Below are positions 33,801-43,785 of a DNA stretch of 46,137 nucleotides, one piece after another. How positions within the stretch are numbered: the first letter of the stretch is position 1; every line of letters starts with the position of its first letter. The position numbers and the translations under genes were made by a program. Source of the DNA: Candidatus Moraniibacteriota bacterium (GTDB lineage Bacteria; Patescibacteriota; Minisyncoccia; Moranbacterales; UBA1568); NCBI GenBank assembly GCA_016699385.1, contig CP064974.1:758654-804790 (forward strand), given 5' to 3'. The notes beneath the pieces are model-generated. The model was not told the DNA's origin. It saw only the letters and a list, made by a program, of their open reading frames with translations, and searched no databases.

Positions 33801-35273
33801 ATGATCACACTCTACAACACACTCGCAAAGAAGAAAGAAATTTTCGAACCACTCTATGCCGGGAAGGTAGGCATGTACACCTGCGGACCAACGGTGTATG
33901 GGAAAGTACATATCGGCAATATCCGTTCCTATCTGATGGCAGATATATTGCGACGCCTGCTCGAACATGACGGATACGAAGTGCGTCACATCAAAAACAT
34001 CACCGATGTCGGGCACCTCACCGAAGACGATACGGCACAGGGCGACACTGGCGAAGACAAGATCGCAAAGAAAGCTCTCGCTGAAAAGAAAACGCCCCAA
34101 GAAATCGCGCGATTCTACGAGAATTATTTCCGCGAAACGGAAGAGAAGATGAATATCCTACCCGCGAGCTACTTCCCTCGGGCAACCGCGCATGTGCCAC
34201 AGATGATTCGTCTCATCGAAACCCTCATCAAGAAACAGCACGCCTACGAGAAAAATGGCAATGTCTTCCTCGACGTCACTTCGTACGCTAACTACGGACA
34301 TCTCTCCGGCAACACGCTCGACAAACTCAAAGTCGGCGCACGTCTCGAAGAGCACCCCGACAAGAAGCACCCCTGGGACTTTGCCCTGTGGCTGAAAAGC
34401 CCTATCGGTCACCTCATGCACTGGAAATCACCATGGAGCGAAGGCTACCCGGGGTGGCACATCGAGTGCTCGACCATGAGCATGGAATACTTGGGCGAAC
34501 GTTTCGATATTCATACCGGTGGCGAAGACAATATCTTCCCCCATCACGAAGCGGAAATCGCACAATCCGAATGTGCAACCGAGCAAGTACCATTTTCGCG
34601 CTACTGGATACACTCGCGACATCTTCTCGTCGACAATGAGAAAATGTCGAAATCAAAAGGCAATCTCTTCACTCTCGAAGATGTTGAGGCAAAAGGTTTT
34701 ACAACAATGGATCTGCGACTCGCACTCCTCTCTTCACACTATCGATCGCAAATGAATTTTTCTTGGGCAGGAGTCGAACAAGCGCGCACGAATAGAAAGA
34801 CCCTCGAATCATTTCGCGACCGACTCTCCCGTCATTCCAGCGAAGGTGAGGATTCAGTCACTATAAATCTCTCTGAAAAAACGGTGCGAGATGACGCAGA
34901 AGCATTCGCTGAAAAAGCAGCACAATGCGAAACAAAATTCATCACCGCCCTCGAAGACGATCTCAATACTCCCGAAGCAATCACCATCCTTCTTACACTC
35001 GCTCACGAAGGAAACAAATCAATGGATGCTGGAACATTTGGAAATTCAGAAGAAATACAAAAAATCTTTCTCAAGTGCACCAACCTCCTCGGTCTCGTCT
35101 TCGAAGAAAAAGGCGCCACCCCCAAAGAGATACAACGCCTCGCCGAAGCGCGCGAAATTGCCCGCCAAGAAAGAAACTTCCACGAAGCCGACCGCCTCCG
35201 AGAAGAAATAGAAAGCGCGGGCTTCACTATAGAAGACACCGCGCAAGGGTTTGATTTAAAGGCACGAAACTAA
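33801..35273 (+). CDS. cysS: Cysteine--tRNA ligase
   Basis: MITLYNTLAKKKEIFEP start typical of CysRS. CGPTVYGKVHIGN (HIGH) and KMSKSKGN. The ORF-track start at 33705 would add 32 atypical residues. Confidence 0.95.
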   Translation: MITLYNTLAKKKEIFEPLYAGKVGMYTCGPTVYGKVHIGNIRSYLMADILRRLLEHDGYEVRHIKNITDVGHLTEDDTAQGDTGEDKIAKKALAEKKTPQEIARFYENYFRETEEKMNILPASYFPRATAHVPQMIRLIETLIKKQHAYEKNGNVFLDVTSYANYGHLSGNTLDKLKVGARLEEHPDKKHPWDFALWLKSPIGHLMHWKSPWSEGYPGWHIECSTMSMEYLGERFDIHTGGEDNIFPHHEAEIAQSECATEQVPFSRYWIHSRHLLVDNEKMSKSKGNLFTLEDVEAKGFTTMDLRLALLSSHYRSQMNFSWAGVEQARTNRKTLESFRDRLSRHSSEGEDSVTINLSEKTVRDDAEAFAEKAAQCETKFITALEDDLNTPEAITILLTLAHEGNKSMDAGTFGNSEEIQKIFLKCTNLLGLVFEEKGATPKEIQRLAEAREIARQERNFHEADRLREEIESAGFTIEDTAQGFDLKARN

Positions 35274-35721
35274 TGCCAAAGAAGGACGCCAATATCACCG
35301 CCCTTTTTTAGTAGCCACATGATTCCTCCTGTTTCTTGGACCAGCGGAGAAGCGAAACATCCCTCTTTTTGTTCTTGAGTTGACGGCTATTTCTCCCTTT
35401 AGTCGTCTCTTCTTCACTCGAAACAGCTTGAAACAGATTCCTCCTCGAGATCGCCTGTCGTTTTCTCGATCACAATTCCATTGACCCAACACAATCCCAA
35501 TGAAAAACATTTGCAAAAACGCCTCTTGCTGATTCATGCGAATTCCCCTCATACTTGAGATGAATAACAGCGACGACACGCCGTGACATACCGTAAAGAA
35601 CAAAAAATCCTGAGAGCTGCCCCTCCATACAACTAGGAAAGCCAGACCTTGTCAAGACTGCCCTTCGCTTTGATTTTCCTCTACAATAGAGAGATTCATA
35701 CATCATCGTGCCAATGCTCCT

Positions 35722-37083
35722 ATGCCTCGACACAAAGCTTCCATCGACGCACTCCGCATGCCACCGCACTCCGAAGAAGCCGAGCAATCGGTTTTGGGGT
35801 CGCTTATGCTCGACAAAAACGCTATCACCAAAATCGCCGATATCCTCAAAGCAGACGACTTCTACCGTGACGTCCACAGCATGATCTATGAGGCAATGGT
35901 TGAGCTCTATGAAACAAGCGAACCCATCGACGTACTCTCCGTTGCCAATCGACTTGAAGAAAAAGGGAAAATAGAAACTGTCGGCGGTCCCGCTGCACTC
36001 GCTACCCTCGTCAATAGCGTCCCAAGCGCCTCCAATGTCGCACACTACGCAAAACTCGTCCAGCGAAAGGCTACTCTCCGCCGACTTATTGCCGCCGGAA
36101 GCGACATTGCCGAAATGGGCTATGACGAAAGCGAGGACGTCGAAAAGCAACTCGATGAAGCCGAGCAACGGCTCTTTAAAGTCTCGCAAAAATTTGTCAA
36201 ACAAGATTTCGTCCCCATCAAACCTATTCTCGAACACGCCTTCGAACGAATCGACCAGCTCCACAAGAGCGATCACGCCTTCCGCGGCGTCCCAACCGGA
36301 TTCCCCGATCTCGACGGACTTCTCTCGGGACTGCAAAAATCCGACCTCATCATCTTAGCAGCGCGCCCATCAATCGGAAAAACCACTTTCGCCCTTGATA
36401 TTGCACGCCAGGTTGGCGTTTACGCCAAGATTCCTGTCGGCATCTTCTCACTCGAAATGGGCTCCGATCAGCTCGTCGATCGCATGATCGCCTCTCACTC
36501 CAATGTCGATCTCTGGCGCCTCAGAACCGGCAAACTCCAAGACAACGACTTCCGTCTCATCGGCGACGCAATTGGTGCCCTGAGTGAAACACCTATCTTT
36601 ATCGACGACACCGGATCGGTCAATATCATGGAAATGCGCACCATGGCACGACGTCTCCAAGCAGAACATAAGCTCGGACTCATCATCATCGACTACCTCC
36701 AACTTATGGAAGGTCGCGGCGGACGAGGTGGCGACAATCGCGTCCAAGAAATTTCCGAAATATCTCGCGGACTCAAACAGCTCGCCCGAGAGCTCAATAT
36801 CCCCGTCCTCGCTCTCTCCCAGCTCTCACGTGCCGTCGAGTCGCGCCCCGATCAGGTGCCAAAGCTTTCCGACCTCCGCGAATCGGGGTCCATTGAACAA
36901 GACGCTGATGTCGTGATGTTTCTCTACCGCGAAGACCGCGCCAAACCAGATACTCCGAACAAAAACATCGTCGACGTCATCGTCGCCAAACACCGCAACG
37001 GTCCCGTCGGACGCGTCCAACTCTATTTCCACGAAACCGCCGCCACCTTCAAATCCCTCGAACGCTTCCAGGTAGAGAAATAG
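35722..37083 (+). CDS. dnaB: Replicative DNA helicase DnaB
   Basis: PPHSEEAEQSVLGSLML, Walker A AARPSIGKTTF, IIIDYLQLM and SQLSRAVE. Confidence 0.95.
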   Translation: MPRHKASIDALRMPPHSEEAEQSVLGSLMLDKNAITKIADILKADDFYRDVHSMIYEAMVELYETSEPIDVLSVANRLEEKGKIETVGGPAALATLVNSVPSASNVAHYAKLVQRKATLRRLIAAGSDIAEMGYDESEDVEKQLDEAEQRLFKVSQKFVKQDFVPIKPILEHAFERIDQLHKSDHAFRGVPTGFPDLDGLLSGLQKSDLIILAARPSIGKTTFALDIARQVGVYAKIPVGIFSLEMGSDQLVDRMIASHSNVDLWRLRTGKLQDNDFRLIGDAIGALSETPIFIDDTGSVNIMEMRTMARRLQAEHKLGLIIIDYLQLMEGRGGRGGDNRVQEISEISRGLKQLARELNIPVLALSQLSRAVESRPDQVPKLSDLRESGSIEQDADVVMFLYREDRAKPDTPNKNIVDVIVAKHRNGPVGRVQLYFHETAATFKSLERFQVEK

Positions 37084-37219
37084 TGTGAATTCATGCCAGG
37101 AATCTTCCGATTTATACGCTGGATTCCCAAAAAAGAAACTAAGCTCCTGTTAAAAGTGTCAACAAGACAAACCCTTCGCACTTTTTTTCCCAAAAGACTC
37201 CGCAGCGAATGAATGCTCT

Positions 37220-37816
37220 ATGTATCCAAAGACCTTCAAAAAACTCATTGAGCATTTCTCATCACTTCCTTCGGTTGGACCAAAGATGGCAGAACGCCTG
37301 ACACTTCATTTATTCAAGCAGTCAAAAGAAACGCTGGAAGATTTCGCGGAGAGTCTTCGCGCAATCACCGGACTCCGCACCTGCTCACGATGTTTCCATA
37401 TCGCCGAGAGCGACCTCTGCGGTATCTGTAGCGATTCCCACCGAGACGCCACAGTACTCTGCATCGTCGAAGAACCCATGGATGTCATCGCCATCGAACG
37501 AACAGGACGATACAACGGACTCTATCACGTCCTCGGCGGCGCGATGGACGTCTCGCCCAAAAAGCATTCCGAGCAGACACTTCACATTTCCGAACTCCTC
37601 GATCGTATGAGTCGGGAATCTATTGCAGAAGTAATTCTCGCGACCAACCCGACAACCGAAGGCGACCTCACCGCGCTCTACCTCAGTAGAAAACTCGAGA
37701 GCTACCACATCAAAATCACCCGCCTTGGTCGCGGACTCGCAACTGGCGGCGATATAGAATATGCCGACGAACTCACTCTCTCCTCTGCACTCACTCACCG
37801 AAGAGAAGTGGGATAG
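37220..37816 (+). CDS. recR: Recombination protein RecR
   Basis: LPSVGPKMAERL (HhH), the CSRCFHIAESDLCGIC zinc finger and a Toprim region. Confidence 0.95.
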   Translation: MYPKTFKKLIEHFSSLPSVGPKMAERLTLHLFKQSKETLEDFAESLRAITGLRTCSRCFHIAESDLCGICSDSHRDATVLCIVEEPMDVIAIERTGRYNGLYHVLGGAMDVSPKKHSEQTLHISELLDRMSRESIAEVILATNPTTEGDLTALYLSRKLESYHIKITRLGRGLATGGDIEYADELTLSSALTHRREVG

Positions 37817-37832
37817 AAAGAAAGAGATGCCC

Positions 37833-40178
37833 CTATTCCATCCCACTGCTCCATGATGCAAATGCAATGAAGGCGGTCGTGAATACAATAACCATCACAA
37901 AAGGCGCGATGAGTGAGAAGTAATTTCGCTTGCCAGGCTGAAAGAACCGAAGAAGCAATGAATTGCCCACAACCGATACCGAACTCATCGCCATCGCGAG
38001 CCCCGCAAGTTCGGGCTTAAGCACCAGTCCGAAAACAAAGAAGACGCGCGCCGCAATCGGAATACCAATTACATTGTAGAAAAGCGCGAAGAACATATTC
38101 TGTTTAATCTTTGCAAACGTTTCTTTGGAGAGCTCAAACGCCGTAACCACATCATTGAGATCACTCTTCATAATCACAATATCGCCCGCCTCCATCGCCA
38201 CATCCGTACCACTCCCCATGGCAATACCGACATGTGCCTGTGCTAAAGCTGGCGCATCATTGATGCCATCACCTACAAATGCTACTTTCTTTCCCGCTCC
38301 CTGAATTTTTTTCACCTCACTTGCCTTTGTCTCTGGAAGCACCTCTGCGAGTATATTTGTAATACCTACTTGATTAGCAATTGCATTGGCAGTTCGCACA
38401 TTGTCTCCCGTAATCATCCACACATCAACACCCATTTTCTTCAGCTTCCCAATAGCCTCTCGAGAGGTCTCCTTGACGGTATCGGCGACCGCGACCGCTC
38501 CAACTATATTTTTTTCGGTAGCAAGCAACATAACGGTTTTCCCCATTTCTTCCAATCTGGATATTTTTTGCTCTGTCTTCTTGGTATCAAGTCCCAATGT
38601 TTCATCCATCAAGCGTCGATTGCCGAAGAAATATACCGTCTCGCGCATTTGCCCCATAACACCATGTCCCGGAATTGCTTTAAAATCTTGAATATTTTCC
38701 AAAGGAATACTTTCTGCTTGAGCATGCGAATAAATCGCTTCAGCGAGAGGATGCTCGGAAAGCTTCTCAAGACTCGCTGCTACCGAAAGAATTTCATTTT
38801 CATCTTTTTCACAGAATGAAATTACGTCCGTCACTTCCGGTCTTCCTTTGGTAATTGTTCCTGTCTTATCAAAGACAACTGCAGAAATACCGCTCGCCGC
38901 CTCAAGCGCTTCACCGCCCTTCATGAGAATTCCATATTCGGCACCTTTCCCCGTCCCTACCATGAGCGATGTCGGTGTTGCAAGACCCAAAGCACACGGA
39001 CATGCAATGACAATAACAGACGTAAATGCCATCAGAGAGAATGCCAGTGTTGCCCCAAAAACGAAATACCACACAAGAAATGTGAGAAGCGCTATCCCGA
39101 TAACCGCCGGCACAAACCACGCAGAAACGCTATCAGCAAAATTTTGTATCGGCGCCTTCGATCCTTGAGCTTCCTCTATAAGACGAATAATCTGCGCGAG
39201 CGCCGTTTCACTCCCCACTTTCGTTGCTTCGAATTCAAAACTTCCCGTTTTGTTCATCGTTCCTCCGATAACGGAGTCACCGATATTCTTCTCAACCGGA
39301 ATACTCTCTCCGGTAATCATGGATTCATCCACTGCTGAACTCCCCTGACGAAGAACGCCATCAACAGGCACTTTCTCTCCGGGGCGAACAAGGATGACAT
39401 CGCCATGCACCACACTCTCTACTGCAATATCAACTGTCTGCCCATCGCGGATCACGCGCGCCGTCTTTGCGCGCAACCCCATCAATTTCTTTATAGCATC
39501 GGACGTCTTCCCTTTTGTACGGATCTCAAGCCACTTGCCAAGAATCACGAAGGTAATAAGATACGCCGCTGTTTCGAAGTAGAGATTTGGAATTTTTGCA
39601 CCATCAATACCAATGAGCGACTGATGCGCGAAAACATAGACCGCATAATTGTAGGCGCTATAGAAAAACGCTGTCGATGTCCCAATCGCAATAAGACTAT
39701 CCATATTGAACGTCTTCATCTTGAGCGCCGACCAAAATCCCCTATAGAAACCCCCACCGATAATAAACTGCACAGGAATAGTGAGAAGCAACGAGAAAAT
39801 ACCAATGTACGGCGCAAACGTCATTCTTCCTGGAAGCGACGGGAAGAAATCCAAGGGCATGAAGAAAAACATTGGGAGACTGAGTGCGAAACTAAACACA
39901 AACTTATTGAAATACGCAGAAATTTCTTTCTCACGCTTTTTCCGTTCAAAGTCAGTATCGCCCGCACGAACCTCTTCCGCATGATACCCGGCGCTCGACA
40001 CCGCATCGATCAAATGTTCAACACTCGTGCCAACCTCATCAAAAGTGACCATTGCCTTTTCGGCGGCGAAATTCACATTCGCATCCTTCACACCCGAAGT
40101 TTTCTTGAGTGAATTCTCGATAAGTCGCGCACACGACGAACAATGCATCCCCGAAAGAGAAAGTGCTATTTTTTTCAT
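37833..40178 (-). CDS. copA: Copper-translocating P1B-type ATPase
   Basis: ATG at 40178. HMA GMHCSSC, CPC in TM6, DKTGTIT and GDGINDAP. Confidence 0.95.
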   Translation of the reverse strand: MKKIALSLSGMHCSSCARLIENSLKKTSGVKDANVNFAAEKAMVTFDEVGTSVEHLIDAVSSAGYHAEEVRAGDTDFERKKREKEISAYFNKFVFSFALSLPMFFFMPLDFFPSLPGRMTFAPYIGIFSLLLTIPVQFIIGGGFYRGFWSALKMKTFNMDSLIAIGTSTAFFYSAYNYAVYVFAHQSLIGIDGAKIPNLYFETAAYLITFVILGKWLEIRTKGKTSDAIKKLMGLRAKTARVIRDGQTVDIAVESVVHGDVILVRPGEKVPVDGVLRQGSSAVDESMITGESIPVEKNIGDSVIGGTMNKTGSFEFEATKVGSETALAQIIRLIEEAQGSKAPIQNFADSVSAWFVPAVIGIALLTFLVWYFVFGATLAFSLMAFTSVIVIACPCALGLATPTSLMVGTGKGAEYGILMKGGEALEAASGISAVVFDKTGTITKGRPEVTDVISFCEKDENEILSVAASLEKLSEHPLAEAIYSHAQAESIPLENIQDFKAIPGHGVMGQMRETVYFFGNRRLMDETLGLDTKKTEQKISRLEEMGKTVMLLATEKNIVGAVAVADTVKETSREAIGKLKKMGVDVWMITGDNVRTANAIANQVGITNILAEVLPETKASEVKKIQGAGKKVAFVGDGINDAPALAQAHVGIAMGSGTDVAMEAGDIVIMKSDLNDVVTAFELSKETFAKIKQNMFFALFYNVIGIPIAARVFFVFGLVLKPELAGLAMAMSSVSVVGNSLLLRFFQPGKRNYFSLIAPFVMVIVFTTAFIAFASWSSGME

Positions 40179-40188
40179 AAGAAAGGTT

Positions 40189-41589
40189 TTATTTAACAAC
40201 AATACTGCCGCCATACATGCCCATTGAACAGGAGAATGGTATCGTTCCAGCTTCTGTCGGCGTAAACTCAATCACATTTTCTCCCGACTGGAGATTCTTC
40301 TGCACATTCATTTTCGGAATAATGAGCGAACTTGCACAGGAATACGGATTCGTCGATGTCATAATAATCTTGACCGGACGACCTCGCTCCACAGTAATCG
40401 TCTGCGGATGATATCCATATCCGTCCTGCGTCATGCGCACAATCTGAACACCGCTTCGAGAAGCTGACGAGCTCACAGACATGCGCGGCTCCTCCACATC
40501 AGACGATTGTCCAGGAGAAGATGAGATAGGCACGCTCCGCCACCCAGCAAGAGTCAATCCATTCGAGATATTGAAAAACGCAAAGAACAGAACGGCAATA
40601 CCAGCAAATTTGAAGAATCGCTGTGCGAATATTCCCTTCACAGCCGAAGCGAGTCCACCAATACCGAGAAGTCCTGGAGCTGTCCCAAGTGCAAACAGTC
40701 CCAAGATAAACGCTCCACTCACAAAGGATCCGCTTCCAATCGCAAGCAGCTGCATCGACTGGGTAAACCCACAGGGCAAGAAAAACGTGAGTGCCCCAAG
40801 CATTGCCGCATTCCGATGACTATACTCACGGCTCTTATGATCAATACCCAGTCGTCGACTGATACTTTTCGGAAGCGTGAGACTCACCCCTTCAAGTCTC
40901 GGAAAAATACCGACAAGTTTAAGTCCCAATAAGAGCATCACAACACCGATAAAAATAGTCAAGAGACCAAGTGGCGTTCCCGAAATACTGAGAAATGATC
41001 CCATCATACCAAGCAAACCACCGAGCGCCGCATATGAAACAATGCGCCCGACATTAAAGAAAAGATGCGGACGAAATTTCTGAAGCGCGGTTGCCTCGGG
41101 ATGTTTCTCCGCATGACGCGCCGAAATACCCAGGATGAGCCCACCGACAAGCGCCATACATGTCGAGAGTCCTGCAGTAAGTCCGACCAAGAAAATAACG
41201 AATGGCGCCGTAGACCCTACAGAAGCCTCGGGAACAAATGAGATGCCCGTCAAACCCAAATCACGAATCACTATCCACAACATAAGGAGAACGAGCGCGG
41301 CAATTCCCAAATCTTTGTAGTCGGAAACATTTCTACTCAGGAAAGGCAACTTCCCCGTAACGCCCACTTCATAACCGGCATCGCGAATTGCCATTTCAAT
41401 TTCTTTGCGGTTCGGCTTTTGAGAATCGTAGAAAATATCAGCCGTTCCTTTTTTGTACTTCACGTCCGCTTTTACGACTTCCGGAATCTCCTTCAATTTT
41501 TCCTCAATCAGAATCTCACACGATCGACAATGCATGCCGGCAATAGGAATCGTGATTATCTGTTTATTTTTTACAATGATTGATTTCAT
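40189..41589 (-). CDS. HMA domain / TauE-DsbD_2-like multi-TM / C-terminal cupredoxin-like domain fusion protein
   Basis: ATG at 41589. GMHCRSC HMA domain, polytopic core with FFLPCGFTQ, and a C-terminal beta-rich domain ending [14 protein letters not shown]. It ends 10 nt upstream of copA. Confidence 0.8.
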   Translation of the reverse strand: MKSIIVKNKQIITIPIAGMHCRSCEILIEEKLKEIPEVVKADVKYKKGTADIFYDSQKPNRKEIEMAIRDAGYEVGVTGKLPFLSRNVSDYKDLGIAALVLLMLWIVIRDLGLTGISFVPEASVGSTAPFVIFLVGLTAGLSTCMALVGGLILGISARHAEKHPEATALQKFRPHLFFNVGRIVSYAALGGLLGMMGSFLSISGTPLGLLTIFIGVVMLLLGLKLVGIFPRLEGVSLTLPKSISRRLGIDHKSREYSHRNAAMLGALTFFLPCGFTQSMQLLAIGSGSFVSGAFILGLFALGTAPGLLGIGGLASAVKGIFAQRFFKFAGIAVLFFAFFNISNGLTLAGWRSVPISSSPGQSSDVEEPRMSVSSSASRSGVQIVRMTQDGYGYHPQTITVERGRPVKIIMTSTNPYSCASSLIIPKMNVQKNLQSGENVIEFTPTEAGTIPFSCSMGMYGGSIVVK

Positions 41590-41691
41590 AGAGAAAAGAA
41601 ATATTTGAATGAAAAAATTTTCACATAACACAAAAACCTCAAAGCACTTTGACAGAAAAACCCGTCAAACATTCTTCGAGGCACACGAAAA

Positions 41692-42111
41692 CTACTGTGC
41701 AATCTTGGCATGAAGCACGCCTGTGTAAAAGGCGCGAAAAAGAGAACCAGAGAGAAGTATTCTCTCATCAAAATATTCGGGAGGATGAAATATCTCTCGC
41801 CGAAAATCAAAAATCCGAAGAACTGGAGCGTACCACAACCTGGACACAAAAACCGCAAAGAGTATTGCAGAAAGAAAAACGAGCAATACAGGCAGAGACG
41901 ATGAAAGAAACGCCCGCCACGATGCCACATGGTCAAACACGTTCATACATCCCGCACTCCCCGATTCATACAATGACTGTTCACGAAGAGAAGAGGATGA
42001 AGCACAAGAATCGTCACCCATAGCAAAAGACATCTCTCCGCCCGCACACACGCACGGCAGAGCAACCGAGAAAAAAACAAACGCAATGATAAGCAAAAGA
42101 GAACGACACAT
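41692..42111 (-). CDS. Small Cys-containing secreted/membrane protein upstream of the copper operon (hypothetical)
   Basis: ATG at 42111. Signal-like MCRSLLLIIAFVFFSVALPCVCAGG and a second TM helix LPVLLVFLSAILFAVFV. Confidence 0.45.
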   Translation of the reverse strand: MCRSLLLIIAFVFFSVALPCVCAGGEMSFAMGDDSCASSSSLREQSLYESGSAGCMNVFDHVASWRAFLSSSLPVLLVFLSAILFAVFVSRLWYAPVLRIFDFRREIFHPPEYFDERILLSGSLFRAFYTGVLHAKIAQ

Positions 42112-42276
42112 GTTTTTATGGTACCGCACAGAAGAAAAACATACAATAAGATTTGCACATCAAAAAGAAATAGTATAAAATTTACACAGATGAAAAAGAA
42201 AAACAAAAAGTGACTCTCCCTCAGTCTTTTGAAGCACTTCGAAAGAAAAAGAAGGTTGCGAGAGCGCGCATAACAC

Positions 42277-43032
42277 ATGACAACCGATATTACAACAGAA
42301 CAATCCGAAAACGACGCCACAAGCGAAGATCGGGGACAAAAGATTCAATCGCTTCGCGAGATGATCGCAACTGCCGAGCGTACCATGCAAAGTGCCAAGG
42401 CGATGCTTCTGCAACTCGAAGGCAAGAAGCGCGTCGGTCGCCCCCGAAAGGTCGAGGAAATCGAAGACGGCACAGTCGTCCAAGGAACCTTCGACGGACA
42501 AATCATGCAGGGGTCAGACGGGAAACAATATCCCGTTCCCGCCAACTACGCCTCAAAGTCAAAGCTCGTTGAGGGTGACGTGCTCAAGCTCACGATCACG
42601 CCAGACGGCTCCTTCATCTACAAACAAATTGGTCCCGCCGAACGCCGTCATGCTATTGGTGTCGTCATCCAAGATGAGCGTGGCAATTTCATGGTCATGG
42701 CAGATGGTCGCCCCTACCGCGTCCTTCTCGCTTCCATCACCTTCTTCAAGGCAAATCCCGGAGACGAAGTCGCCATTGTCTTTCCACGAAGCGAGGGGGG
42801 CACATGGGCGTCCATAGAAAACGTCTTGCAGAAAGGTGCACTCCGCGACAATATAGATGGTGCTCAAGATATCTTCCCGAGCACTGCTGCACCAGCATCG
42901 TATACAAAAGAAGAGAACAACACCGCTCTCCCAGAACCCCCAAAGGATGATATTTTGAGCGAATGGGAAAAGGATTTCGCAGAACTCAAAAGAAGCGAGA
43001 ATACACCATCTGAAGAAAAACCCCTTGAATAA
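42277..43032 (+). CDS. Hypothetical protein with an N-terminal coiled coil, an AT-hook-like KRVGRPRK motif and a beta-rich C-terminal domain
   Basis: 251 aa, uninterrupted frame with coding-like composition. GRP core flanked by basic residues. Confidence 0.65.
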   Translation: MTTDITTEQSENDATSEDRGQKIQSLREMIATAERTMQSAKAMLLQLEGKKRVGRPRKVEEIEDGTVVQGTFDGQIMQGSDGKQYPVPANYASKSKLVEGDVLKLTITPDGSFIYKQIGPAERRHAIGVVIQDERGNFMVMADGRPYRVLLASITFFKANPGDEVAIVFPRSEGGTWASIENVLQKGALRDNIDGAQDIFPSTAAPASYTKEENNTALPEPPKDDILSEWEKDFAELKRSENTPSEEKPLE

Positions 43033-43038
43033 ACATGT

Positions 43039-43701
43039 ATGACCGACACTGCTATGGAACCGGAAGTTCCAGGAAAACCCCTACATATACTTGAGAAGCG
43101 GGATCTTTTTTTTGCGGCTATAAACGGGTTTTTCATTGGAATCTTCGCGCCATCTATCTTCCGCAACCTCGGAACAGCACTCCCCGTATCAATTCCTCTT
43201 TTCGCACTCATCCTCGCACTTCTGTGTGTTATTGGCATCACGATTGGCTTCTTTCTGTCGAAGATCTCAGCAAAGCTTCGATTTTTCTTCCAACTTGCCA
43301 AATTCGGCATTATCGGTGTCACAAACTTCATCGTCGACCTTGGCATCTTCAGCCTCCTCATCTGGGTGACACATATTTCTACCGGAAGCAGTATCTTGCT
43401 CTTCAAAGTCGCTTCGGTTTCCGTCGCTATCATAAATAGCTATATCTGGAACAAATTCTGGTCATTCGAAGAAAAACACACAGACGAATCAACCGTTCGC
43501 CGACAATTCTTCCAATTCATCGCCGTCTCCCTGGTTGGACTCGTACTCAATGCCGGAATCACTTATTCTCTCATCACATTTGCAGCGGGATTCATGAATG
43601 TCTCTCCGGAAACATGGGCAACTATTTCAAGTGCCATTGCTTCCGTCACTGTCCTTTCGTGGAACTTCATCGGCTACAAATTCTTCGTATTTAAGCGATA
43701 G
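43039..43701 (+). CDS. GtrA family membrane protein
   Basis: FQLAKFGIIGVTNFIVDLGIF and AIINSYIWNKFWSF are typical GtrA-like motifs. There is an extra N-terminal TM pair. Confidence 0.85.
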   Translation: MTDTAMEPEVPGKPLHILEKRDLFFAAINGFFIGIFAPSIFRNLGTALPVSIPLFALILALLCVIGITIGFFLSKISAKLRFFFQLAKFGIIGVTNFIVDLGIFSLLIWVTHISTGSSILLFKVASVSVAIINSYIWNKFWSFEEKHTDESTVRRQFFQFIAVSLVGLVLNAGITYSLITFAAGFMNVSPETWATISSAIASVTVLSWNFIGYKFFVFKR

Positions 43702-43729
43702 GCAAGCCTCTCTCCGTTTGATATACTAG

Positions 43730-43760
43730 AAAGGCAAGGTATCCCTTGCCTTTCTTTTCG
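43730..43760 (+). terminator. Rho-independent terminator after the GtrA gene
   Basis: AAAGGCAAGG-UAUC-CCUUGCCUUU (10 bp) followed by CUUUUCG. Confidence 0.7.
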
Positions 43761-43785
43761 TCTCAATTGCCTCTCAAAAACCGCT

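Noticed and set aside
35270-35320. 16-aa minus-strand ORF (MWLLKKGGDIGVLLWH) with a perfect AGGAGG
   Set aside because: It is too short, and its stop overlaps the cysS stop codon. Nothing else supports it. It is mentioned only within the dnaB-upstream gap finding.
35470-36336. 288-aa minus-strand ORF overlapping the dnaB 5' half
   Set aside because: It is antisense to an unambiguous DnaB frame, has an acidic/Phe-rich artefactual sequence, and has no SD.
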